From assembly GCA_015063645.1 (NCBI GenBank), contig SVTS01000002.1:5141-69140 (forward strand): a stretch of DNA of 64,000 bases. The letters are read 5' to 3'. Positions 37,590-45,653 of this stretch are shown one piece after another (the first letter of the stretch is position 1; each line of letters opens with the position of its first letter). Source of the DNA: Oscillospiraceae bacterium. GTDB taxonomy: Bacteria > Bacillota > Clostridia > Oscillospirales > CAG-272. Below the pieces are notes generated by a model. It ran no database searches, was not told the DNA's origin, and worked only from the letters and a program-made list of their open reading frames with translations. A program made the position numbers and the translations under genes.

Positions 37590-37982
37590 ATGAAAAAGAA
37601 AATCCTGATCATGACAGCTGCAGCGCTCCTTACGCTCGGACTGGCAACTGTCAGCGCACAAAGCCCCGCTCCGGCGGAACAAGCCCCCGAGGAAATCATC
37701 TACGAGATCGTTGAACCGCAGCGTTATGAGGCGGGGACCGTGGATGCAGATGGGAATGTTACGTTGGATGTGGAACTGTTCCTTAGAGGTGATGTTGACT
37801 TGAATGGTGATATTGGTGCATCTGATCTTACCGCGCTTGCTCGACATTTAGCGTATATGGAAACAATTACAGATTCTGTTGCTTTGGGAACATCTGATAC
37901 AAAAATTGATAATTCTGTTGATGCAGCAGATTTGACCGCACTCGCCAAATATTTAGCCTACATGATAGATGATTTTGAGTAA
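37590..37982 (+). CDS. Small secreted dockerin-domain protein (signal peptide, about 45-aa linker, type-I-like dockerin)
   Basis: 130 aa. Signal peptide MKKKILIMTAAALLTLGLATVSA. Two Ca-binding repeats with helices (GDVDLNGDIGASDLTALARHLAY and SDTKIDNSVDAADLTALAKYLAY). AAGGAGG RBS. Confidence 0.7.
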   Translation: MKKKILIMTAAALLTLGLATVSAQSPAPAEQAPEEIIYEIVEPQRYEAGTVDADGNVTLDVELFLRGDVDLNGDIGASDLTALARHLAYMETITDSVALGTSDTKIDNSVDAADLTALAKYLAYMIDDFE

Positions 37983-38002
37983 TAATGTTGGAGGAATTTA
38001 GA

Positions 38003-41000
38003 ATGAAGTCGAATGTGAGAATATTCTCGCTTGCTCTTGCGATGGCGATGCTTTTATCGTTGTTTGCACTGCCTGTGAGCGCAGAAACACTGGACGCGAA
38101 TGTTGAGGTTGAAATCAGCAATGCATCTCCCAAAGTTGGTGATGAGATAACAGTAATCGTGAAAAACACGGATATGACCGTTTCGTCATTTATAACTGGT
38201 GTGAGATTTGATAATGCAAAATTAGAATGTAAAAAAATTGTTGGTCCAGATTCTGAATATCCTGATGAGTTTACTCTGACTAGAAAAAATGGTAGGTATG
38301 TGTATGCTACTGCTGCGCCCACAATTTCTAATGCAAATTCACAGGGGGTCGTAAGTGTAGCCTTTGCTGGAACATCTGACGTTGAGTATGCAGGTGGAAA
38401 ACTGTTTACAGCGACATTTAAGGTTATAGCAGAGGGAGATTCGCCAATTGTATTGTTTGAGAATAGCGATGGCGCGGGGGGAATAAAAAACGATGCCGTT
38501 GTTTCCACCCAGGTATCTGTTGCTAAGCCTGCTGTTCTTGTGACTAACATTACACTTAATGAATCAGAACTCAGTCTCACCGTTGGAGATGCCCCTGTTG
38601 CTCTGTCTGTTACCAAAGTTGAGCCGGATAATGCATCTGACAAAACCGTAACCTGGAAGTCCAGCAATGAAACAGTAGCAACCGTTGACACGAACGGTAA
38701 GGTTACCGCAGGTGTTGCAGGCACTGCAACCATCACCGCAACTGCAAATGATGGCAGCGGTGTGAACGCAACCTGTGCTGTTACTGTAACAGAAATCACT
38801 CTTGCCGAAGATACGCTGGAATTGTATCTGGCACCTGATGACAATACAGCTACTCTCACCGCGACAGTTACGCCGGACAATGTGAAAGTGAAATGGAGCG
38901 TAGAGTCCGGAGCAGCTGAGGGGATTATCTCCATTGAAGAGGATAGTTCGGATTCGCGCAAAGTGACTGTTAAAGCTAATAAGACTGGATCTGCTACTCT
39001 TCTCGCGGAAGCTGAAGACGGAAGTGGAGCAAGCGCTTTTTGCTACATCACTGTAAAACCGGCACGTACCTATGCAGTTACGCTTTCCCCCGCCTCCGTT
39101 ACTTTCTTCGATGCAATCTTTGGTTATAGTGCACAAGAACCTGTAACAGTAACGGTAACCAACAATGGCAATCAGCCGACAGGTGCATTGACGGTCACGA
39201 TCGATAATTCCGATGCCTTTGCACTGAGCAAAACGACAATTGACAGCCTTGGAGTTGAGGATAGTAATAAAACAGGAACGTTCACTGTTCAGCCGAAAAA
39301 CGGTCTTGCCGTCGGGACATACACTGCAAAGGTAACTGTTTCCGGTGCAAATGGTATTTCCGCTGAAATTCCTGTCAGCTTCACAGTATCCGATGTGCCG
39401 ACATATGCGATCACTCTTGATAAAGCGGAAGTTACCCTTGAATCCGCTGTTGAGGGGTACACAACCGTTCCTTACGCTGAAATCAAGGTTTCCAGCACAG
39501 GTAATCAGCCGACTGGTGCTCTGATTGTAACAGTTTCCAACAGTAATTTTAAGGTATCCCCGGCTGCATTGGACACTATAGCTTCCGGCAGCAATGCAAC
39601 CTTTACTATTCAGCCGATGACCGGTCTTGCTATAGGAACCTACAAGGGAACCGTAACTGTTGCAGCTCCGGACAGCAATGCAAACAAAGACAAAATCACT
39701 CCGCAGACCGTAGAAATTACCTTCGTAGTAACACACAAGCATAAGTTCGACGAAGCAATTGAAGATGAAGCACATCTGAAAGCTAAGGGCAAAGATTGCA
39801 ATACCGCGAACGAGTATTGGCGTGAGTGTTCTTATGACGGTTGTTCCGTGATATCTGATACCGAGTTCTTCACAAGCACAACGAAATTTGGTGATCACAA
39901 ATACAGTACTGAATGGACATCCGACGACACTTCACATTGGCATCAGTGCGAAAATAATTCCGCGCACAAGACGGACATAGGCTATCATGATGAATCCACT
40001 GTTCCCAACGATAAATACATTGTTCCGGGTGAAGAAGGAAGCTGCAAGGATGGTAAGGCTCCGAAGTATTATAAATACTGCAGCACCTGCGGTAAAGCGC
40101 ACACTGACACTTTTGACGGAACTGTTCCCAGACATGATTACGAAGATGTTCCGTATACGCAGAGCAAAGTCGGAGATATCGAATATCACAACAGAAATTG
40201 CAAGGCGTGCGGCACACCTGAATTTGCTTCTAATAGTGATGCCAATAAGTGTTCCGGCGGCTCCGCAACCTGTACCGACAAGGCTGTTTGTGTGACCTGT
40301 GCGAACAGCTACGGCACGACGGTTATTCACAACTATTCAAGTGAATGGAGTTTCAACGAAACGCACCACTGGCATGCTTGTGCGAATGGTAACCCGGATT
40401 GTACATCCGTATCCGATTATCATGAGCACGTTCCCGGTCCTGAAGCAACAGAAGAATCCGCACAGTACTGCACAGTATGTAATTACGAAATCACTCCGAA
40501 ACTTGAACCTGCCTTCGACGAAGACATGCTCATGATTCTCATCATGATGATGAACAAGAAGTATGACGTTGTCGCTGAAGCAGGCGAGGGTGGTGTTATC
40601 ACTCCCGCAGGCGAGAATAAGGTTAAGTTCAATAAGTCGATCAGCTTCGATATCACTCCCGCTGAGGGCTATGTCATCTCCGCTGTTCTCGTTGACGGTA
40701 AGGATGTAGGTCCCGTAACGGAGTACACATTCAAGAACGTAAGAACTGATCATACCATCTCCGTTGTCTTTGAAAAGGCACCGTGGGTCAATCCGTTCAC
40801 GGATGTGACTGAAAATGATTGGTTCTACGAAGATGTCAAGTTCGTCTCTGAAACCGGTCTGATGAACGGCAACAGCGCAGACGGCAAGCTCTTTGATCCC
40901 AGCGTTATCACGAATCGCGCTATGCTTGTTACCATTCTGTGGAGACTCGAGGGTTGTCCCACCGTTTCTTCCAGCGTGAAGTTCACCGATGTTGACGCAA

Positions 41001-41341
41001 ATGCCTGGTATGCTGACGCTGTAAACTGGGCTTCTGCTAACGATATCATCCTTGGTGATGAAACCGGTGCATTCGGTGCAAATGATGAGCTCACCCGCGA
41101 GCAGGCTGCTCTTATCCTGTATCGCTATGCAGCATACAAGGGCGTTATCGAAGGTTCTGCAACCGCCGATTCCACTGAACTGAAGGCCAGTGATTGGGCT
41201 AAGGATGCAGTGATCTGGGCGGAGGCCAACGGTCTGCTGAAGGGAATCGGTGTTGATACCAGCGATATGACCAAGGGTATCAGCCGCGCTGAGATTGCAG
41301 CTTATCTCCGTCGCTTCTGCGAAAATTTCCTGGCAAAATAA
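38003..41341 (+). CDS. Cell-surface anchoring protein: signal peptide, cohesin-like domain, Big_2 Ig-like domains, further Ig-like repeats, Cys/His-rich repeats, three C-terminal SLH domains
   Basis: 1112 aa. Cohesin-like (VEVEISNASPKVGDEITV...GVVSVAFAG...GKLFTATFKVIAEG). Big_2 (ITLNESELSLTVGD...VTWKSSNETVATVDTNGKVTAGVAGTATITATA). SLH motifs (FTDVTENDWFYEDVKFV, FTDVDANAWYADAVNWA, DWAKDAVIWAEANGLL). Confidence 0.8.
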   Translation: MKSNVRIFSLALAMAMLLSLFALPVSAETLDANVEVEISNASPKVGDEITVIVKNTDMTVSSFITGVRFDNAKLECKKIVGPDSEYPDEFTLTRKNGRYVYATAAPTISNANSQGVVSVAFAGTSDVEYAGGKLFTATFKVIAEGDSPIVLFENSDGAGGIKNDAVVSTQVSVAKPAVLVTNITLNESELSLTVGDAPVALSVTKVEPDNASDKTVTWKSSNETVATVDTNGKVTAGVAGTATITATANDGSGVNATCAVTVTEITLAEDTLELYLAPDDNTATLTATVTPDNVKVKWSVESGAAEGIISIEEDSSDSRKVTVKANKTGSATLLAEAEDGSGASAFCYITVKPARTYAVTLSPASVTFFDAIFGYSAQEPVTVTVTNNGNQPTGALTVTIDNSDAFALSKTTIDSLGVEDSNKTGTFTVQPKNGLAVGTYTAKVTVSGANGISAEIPVSFTVSDVPTYAITLDKAEVTLESAVEGYTTVPYAEIKVSSTGNQPTGALIVTVSNSNFKVSPAALDTIASGSNATFTIQPMTGLAIGTYKGTVTVAAPDSNANKDKITPQTVEITFVVTHKHKFDEAIEDEAHLKAKGKDCNTANEYWRECSYDGCSVISDTEFFTSTTKFGDHKYSTEWTSDDTSHWHQCENNSAHKTDIGYHDESTVPNDKYIVPGEEGSCKDGKAPKYYKYCSTCGKAHTDTFDGTVPRHDYEDVPYTQSKVGDIEYHNRNCKACGTPEFASNSDANKCSGGSATCTDKAVCVTCANSYGTTVIHNYSSEWSFNETHHWHACANGNPDCTSVSDYHEHVPGPEATEESAQYCTVCNYEITPKLEPAFDEDMLMILIMMMNKKYDVVAEAGEGGVITPAGENKVKFNKSISFDITPAEGYVISAVLVDGKDVGPVTEYTFKNVRTDHTISVVFEKAPWVNPFTDVTENDWFYEDVKFVSETGLMNGNSADGKLFDPSVITNRAMLVTILWRLEGCPTVSSSVKFTDVDANAWYADAVNWASANDIILGDETGAFGANDELTREQAALILYRYAAYKGVIEGSATADSTELKASDWAKDAVIWAEANGLLKGIGVDTSDMTKGISRAEIAAYLRRFCENFLAK

Positions 41342-41357
41342 TACCGCAATGCGGATG

Positions 41358-41387
41358 AAAAGGGGAACTGCGGTTCCCCTTTTCTTG
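41358..41387 (+). terminator. Rho-independent terminator after the SLH protein gene
   Basis: AAAAGGGGAAC-TGCG-GTTCCCCTTTT. Confidence 0.8.
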
Positions 41388-41458
41388 ATTAAATCCGATA
41401 ATATGCATTTTTGCATAAAATACGAAACAAAAAACAAAATCATGAAAGGGCTTCAAAC

Positions 41459-42859
41459 ATGGGACTTATTAAAGCAGGACTTGGTGCACTGGGCGGCGTT
41501 CTTGCCGATCAGTGGAAGGAATTCTTCTACTGCGAATCTATTCCGAACGATATTCTGATGATTAAGGGTCAGAAACGCATGACCTCCCGCTCTTCCAATA
41601 CGAAGAGCAGCGATAATATTATTTCAAACGGATCCGGTATTGCCGTTGCGGACGGACAGTGCATGATCATCGTGGAGCAGGGCAAAGTAGTCGAGCTTTG
41701 CGCTGAGCCCGGTGAGTTCACCTATGATTCTTCTACCGAGCCGTCCATCTTTGCCGGAAATCTTGGCGAAAGTATTATCGAATCTTTTAAGACGCTCGGC
41801 AAGCGCTTCACCTATGGCGGCGACACAGGAAAAGATCAGAGAGTCTACTATTTTAACACGAAGGAAATTCTTGACAATAAGTTTGGCACAAAGAATCCTA
41901 TTGCTTTCCGTGTGGTGGATTCCAGAATTAATTTTGATGTGGATGTATCTCTCCGCTGCAACGGTATTTACACATTCCGCCTCGTTGATCCGCTGAAATT
42001 CTACACGAATGTGGGCGGTAACGTAACAGTATCCTATAATAAAGACGAACTTCGCGAAACCATGAAGACCGAGTTCCTCAGCGCGCTTGGTCCGGCACTT
42101 GCAAAACTTTCCCTGCTGGAAATCCGTCCCAATCAGATCCCCGCACATACTGATGAGCTGGAAAAATACCTCAACGAAGAACTGAGCGGTGAGTGGGGAG
42201 CACGTGGTATTGGCGATGTCAAGGTATCCATCAATCCTCCGACACTGACCGAAGAGGACCAGCAGATGCTCAAGGACGCGCAGAAGACCGCTATGTATCG
42301 CGATCCTACCATGGCAGGTGCAACCCTCGTGGGTGCACAGGCAGAAGCCATGAAAACTGCTGCAGGTAACGCAGGCGGTGCTGCCGTTGGCTTCATGGGT
42401 ATGAACATGGCGATGGGTGCAGGCGGGATGAACGCGCAGAATCTGTTTGCAATGGGTCAGCAACAGGCGCAGCAGCAGGTACAGCAGCAGGCTGCACCCG
42501 CTGCGGACAGTTGGAAATGCGCTTGCGGTGCTGCTGTCACCGGTAAGTTCTGCCCCGAGTGCGGCACAAAGAAACCTGAACCGAAGCCTGCAGACAGCTG
42601 GACATGCAAATGCGGTACCGTCGCCAGCGGCAAATTCTGCCCGGAATGCGGATCTCCAAAGCCGGCTGATGACGGTTGGACCTGTTCCTGCGGTAAAGTA
42701 AATAAGGGTAAATTCTGCTCGGAGTGCGGTGCTAAGAAGCCTGCCGGCGTTCCGCAGTATAAGTGCGATAAGTGCGGCTGGGAGCCGGAGAAAGGCACAA
42801 AGCCTCCGAAGTTCTGCCCCGAATGCGGCGATCCTTTTGATGACGGCGATATTCAGTAA
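41459..42859 (+). CDS. SPFH/band-7-like protein (COG4260, B. subtilis YdjI-like) with a Gln/Ala-rich linker and four tandem C-terminal zinc ribbons
   Basis: 466 aa. The N-terminus MGLIKAGLGALGGVLADQWKEFF is typical of YdjI-type proteins. The C-terminus carries 4x C-x-C-G-x(7-13)-FCPECG. Confidence 0.65.
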   Translation: MGLIKAGLGALGGVLADQWKEFFYCESIPNDILMIKGQKRMTSRSSNTKSSDNIISNGSGIAVADGQCMIIVEQGKVVELCAEPGEFTYDSSTEPSIFAGNLGESIIESFKTLGKRFTYGGDTGKDQRVYYFNTKEILDNKFGTKNPIAFRVVDSRINFDVDVSLRCNGIYTFRLVDPLKFYTNVGGNVTVSYNKDELRETMKTEFLSALGPALAKLSLLEIRPNQIPAHTDELEKYLNEELSGEWGARGIGDVKVSINPPTLTEEDQQMLKDAQKTAMYRDPTMAGATLVGAQAEAMKTAAGNAGGAAVGFMGMNMAMGAGGMNAQNLFAMGQQQAQQQVQQQAAPAADSWKCACGAAVTGKFCPECGTKKPEPKPADSWTCKCGTVASGKFCPECGSPKPADDGWTCSCGKVNKGKFCSECGAKKPAGVPQYKCDKCGWEPEKGTKPPKFCPECGDPFDDGDIQ

Positions 42860-42930
42860 TTGTGTGCTGTCTCCGGTTTATGCCGGAGACAGCAATATAT
42901 ATTTTTTCAAGACGGGAGAGGAGCAAATCT

Positions 42931-44016
42931 TTGGCTGTAATACAGGAATATAAATGTCCGTGCTGCGGCGGTGCGATTGAATTTGACAGCTCTCTGCAGA
43001 AAATGAAGTGTCCGTACTGCGACACCGAGTTTGAAATGGAAACACTGGCATCCTACGATGATGCTCTGAAGAGCGAACGTGCGGATGACATGAAATGGGA
43101 GCAGCAGGCGGATAATTCGTGGGAAGACGGAGAAACTGATGGACTGAGCGTATACGTCTGCAAATCCTGCGGCGGTGAAATCGTGGGTGATGAAACGATT
43201 GCCGCTACGTCGTGTCCTTTCTGCGATAATCCCATTGTTATTATGGGACAGTTTGCCGGAGATCTGAAACCGGATTACGTGATTCCGTTCAAGCTGGATA
43301 AAAAAGCGGCTGTCGAAACGCTGCAGAAACACTATATGGGCAAGAAGCTGCTGCCGAAAGTGTTCAAGGACCAGAATCATATTGAGGAAGTCAAGGGCAT
43401 CTACGTGCCGTTCTGGCTATTCGGTGCGGATGTGGATGCGCAGGCGCGCTATAAAGCGACCCGACTCCGTCACTGGAGCGACAGCCGGTACAACTATACG
43501 GAAACAAGCTTTTATTCCGTTCTCCGCGGAGGCTCCGTTGGTTTTGAGCGTGTTCCCGTGGACGGATCCACCAAAATGGATGACACCCTGATGGAATCCC
43601 TTGAACCCTACAATTTTGCCGATGCTGTGGATTTTCAGACTGCCTATCTGTCGGGGTATTTGGCGGATAAGTACGATGTGGATGCTGAGGCAAGCATTGC
43701 CCGGGCGAACGAACGCATCAAAAAGAGTACACAGGACGCATTCAGAGAGACGGTGAACGGCTACAGCAGCGTTGTGGAAGAGAATCTGAACGTAAGACTG
43801 CAGAACGGAACCGCAAAATACGCGCTGTACCCGGTGTGGCTGCTCAATACCACCTGGAACGGTCAGAAATATACTTTTGCCATGAACGGTCAGACTGGCA
43901 AATTCGTCGGCGATCTTCCTGTGGATAAAGGCGCGTACAGACGGTATCTGTTCGGCACCATGGCGATTGTCACTGCAATCGCATTTGCCGCGCAGTACCT
44001 GTTCTGGCTGCTTTGA
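42931..44016 (+). CDS. Zinc-ribbon protein with a C-terminal TM anchor (YdjG-like)
   Basis: 361 aa from a TTG start (GGAGAGGAG RBS). Ribbons YKCPCCGG...KCPYCD and VCKSCGG...SCPFCDN. C-terminal hydrophobic helix (MAIVTAIAFAAQYLFWLL). Confidence 0.55.
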   Translation: MAVIQEYKCPCCGGAIEFDSSLQKMKCPYCDTEFEMETLASYDDALKSERADDMKWEQQADNSWEDGETDGLSVYVCKSCGGEIVGDETIAATSCPFCDNPIVIMGQFAGDLKPDYVIPFKLDKKAAVETLQKHYMGKKLLPKVFKDQNHIEEVKGIYVPFWLFGADVDAQARYKATRLRHWSDSRYNYTETSFYSVLRGGSVGFERVPVDGSTKMDDTLMESLEPYNFADAVDFQTAYLSGYLADKYDVDAEASIARANERIKKSTQDAFRETVNGYSSVVEENLNVRLQNGTAKYALYPVWLLNTTWNGQKYTFAMNGQTGKFVGDLPVDKGAYRRYLFGTMAIVTAIAFAAQYLFWLL

Positions 44017-44027
44017 GGAGGTACCTG

Positions 44028-44825
44028 ATGAAAAAGAAAATCTGTATTCTCTGCATGATCCTTTGTGTGCTGTCCGGCGCTGTGCTGTCCGTTTCAGCGG
44101 CGGAATATCCAAGACTGTGGGATGACGCGGATCTGCTGACGCCCTATGAGGAAAGCGCTCTGCTTGCAGAACTGGATGAGATCAGCGAGAGGCAGAAGCT
44201 GGACGTGGTCGTCGTTACGGTGAATTCTACGGGAGCAAGTTCCCCGATGGAATATGCGGATGATTTCTTTGACTACAACGGTTACGGATACGGTACAAAC
44301 CGCGACGGCATTCTTCTTCTGATCAGCATGGAGGAGCGGGACTGGTGGATTTCCACCTGCGGATACGGCATCACAGCATTTACCGATGCGGGCATGGACT
44401 ATATCAGCGAACAGTTCCTCGATGATCTGAGCAGTGGATATTATGCGGACGCGTTTCAGACTTTCGCTTCCCTGTGTGATGCGTTCATTACACAGGCGCG
44501 CGGCGGTCAGCCCTATGATGTGTATAATCTGCCCAAGGAGCCCTTCGACGGAGGAATGGCGTTAATTCTTGCGCTGATTGTGGGACTTATCACTGCACTG
44601 ATTTATACAGGTGTGTTGAAAGGACAACTGCATACTGTCCGCAGACAGGCATCCGCATCCGATTATATGAAAGAAAACAGCATGCAGATCCGTGATTCCA
44701 GAGATATTTTCCTGTACCGGAATGTCAGCCGAACGTTGAGGCAGACAGAAAGTTCCGGCGGCGGATCAAGGGTTCATACTTCTTCCTCCGGCGCATCCCA
44801 TGGAGGACGAGGCGGAAAATTCTGA
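44028..44825 (+). CDS. TPM-domain (TLP18.3/Psb32/MOLO-1) membrane protein with a Gly-rich C-terminal tail (YdjH-like)
   Basis: 265 aa. Signal peptide/anchor, a TPM pattern (DDADLLTPYEESALLAELDEIS...DVVVVTV...GILLLISMEERDWWI), a TM helix, and the tail GGGSRVHTSSSGASHGGRGGKF. Confidence 0.7.
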   Translation: MKKKICILCMILCVLSGAVLSVSAAEYPRLWDDADLLTPYEESALLAELDEISERQKLDVVVVTVNSTGASSPMEYADDFFDYNGYGYGTNRDGILLLISMEERDWWISTCGYGITAFTDAGMDYISEQFLDDLSSGYYADAFQTFASLCDAFITQARGGQPYDVYNLPKEPFDGGMALILALIVGLITALIYTGVLKGQLHTVRRQASASDYMKENSMQIRDSRDIFLYRNVSRTLRQTESSGGGSRVHTSSSGASHGGRGGKF

Positions 44826-44884
44826 CGGATTACGGGCAAAATAAAGCTGTGCGGCAGTATAAAATTCAAGGAGGTATTTTGCAA

Positions 44885-45595
44885 ATGAAAAGTGAAGGAA
44901 TGGGGATTCTCGGGCTGATCGGCTGTGTGATTCTTTTTCTGATTCTGCGCCGTTTTGTTCCGGCTTTGTCAACCGTTCTCCTGATCGTCGGCGGAATACT
45001 TCTGGCTTTGATTGTTTTGCTTGTTGTTCTCGTGATCGTTTTCTCAAGAAAAAGTACCCGTAAAGGTAAGAGGGATGATGTCAAAACAGCGGCGAATAAT
45101 GAGATCCTGAGTCGGGGACGTGCGGATCTGCTTGCGGTGCGCTGTGTGTGCGCACGCATAAAAAACAAGGAGATTGCCGCCTCAGCAGGAGATATCTGCC
45201 GCTCTGTGGAGCAGATCCTGCATGTGATGAAAGAAAAACCGGAGTGTATCCCCACAGTGCGTCACTTCTGGAATTACTATCTGCCCACGCTGAACAAAAT
45301 ACTGCAGAAGTATGCGCGTATCGAGAGCAGCGGTATTCCTGCGGAAGAAATCGTGCAGAGCACCCTTTCCTGCCTTGGTGAAATCCGGACTGCCATGCAA
45401 AAACAGCATGAGAATCTCTATGAAGGAGACAAACTGGATCTTTCCGTGGAAATGGAAGTGCTGAAAATGATGTGCAAGCGGGACGGTCTTCTGAGCGAGG
45501 ATGATTTTCAGATCACAGAAGAAAAGCGTGAAAGTGAATCAGACACCGCGGAAGATGAGGACAATGAAGAGCAGGGAACGACCATGACAATGTGA
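44885..45595 (+). CDS. Membrane protein with two N-terminal TM helices and a helical cytoplasmic domain, possibly XpaC-like (PF10112-type)
   Basis: 236 aa. AAGGAGG RBS. The WNYYLPTLNKILQKY segment resembles the XpaC family as recalled. The C-terminal tail is acidic. Confidence 0.4.
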   Translation: MKSEGMGILGLIGCVILFLILRRFVPALSTVLLIVGGILLALIVLLVVLVIVFSRKSTRKGKRDDVKTAANNEILSRGRADLLAVRCVCARIKNKEIAASAGDICRSVEQILHVMKEKPECIPTVRHFWNYYLPTLNKILQKYARIESSGIPAEEIVQSTLSCLGEIRTAMQKQHENLYEGDKLDLSVEMEVLKMMCKRDGLLSEDDFQITEEKRESESDTAEDEDNEEQGTTMTM

Positions 45596-45635
45596 AAAAA
45601 CGCCCTCCGGCATAGCCGGAGGGCGTTTTCATTTT
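45595..45635. terminator. Bidirectional terminator between convergent genes
   Basis: CGCCCTCCGG-CATAG-CCGGAGGGCG flanked by an A-run and a T-run. Confidence 0.8.
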
Positions 45636-45653
45636 GATTGAAGCTGTAGAATC

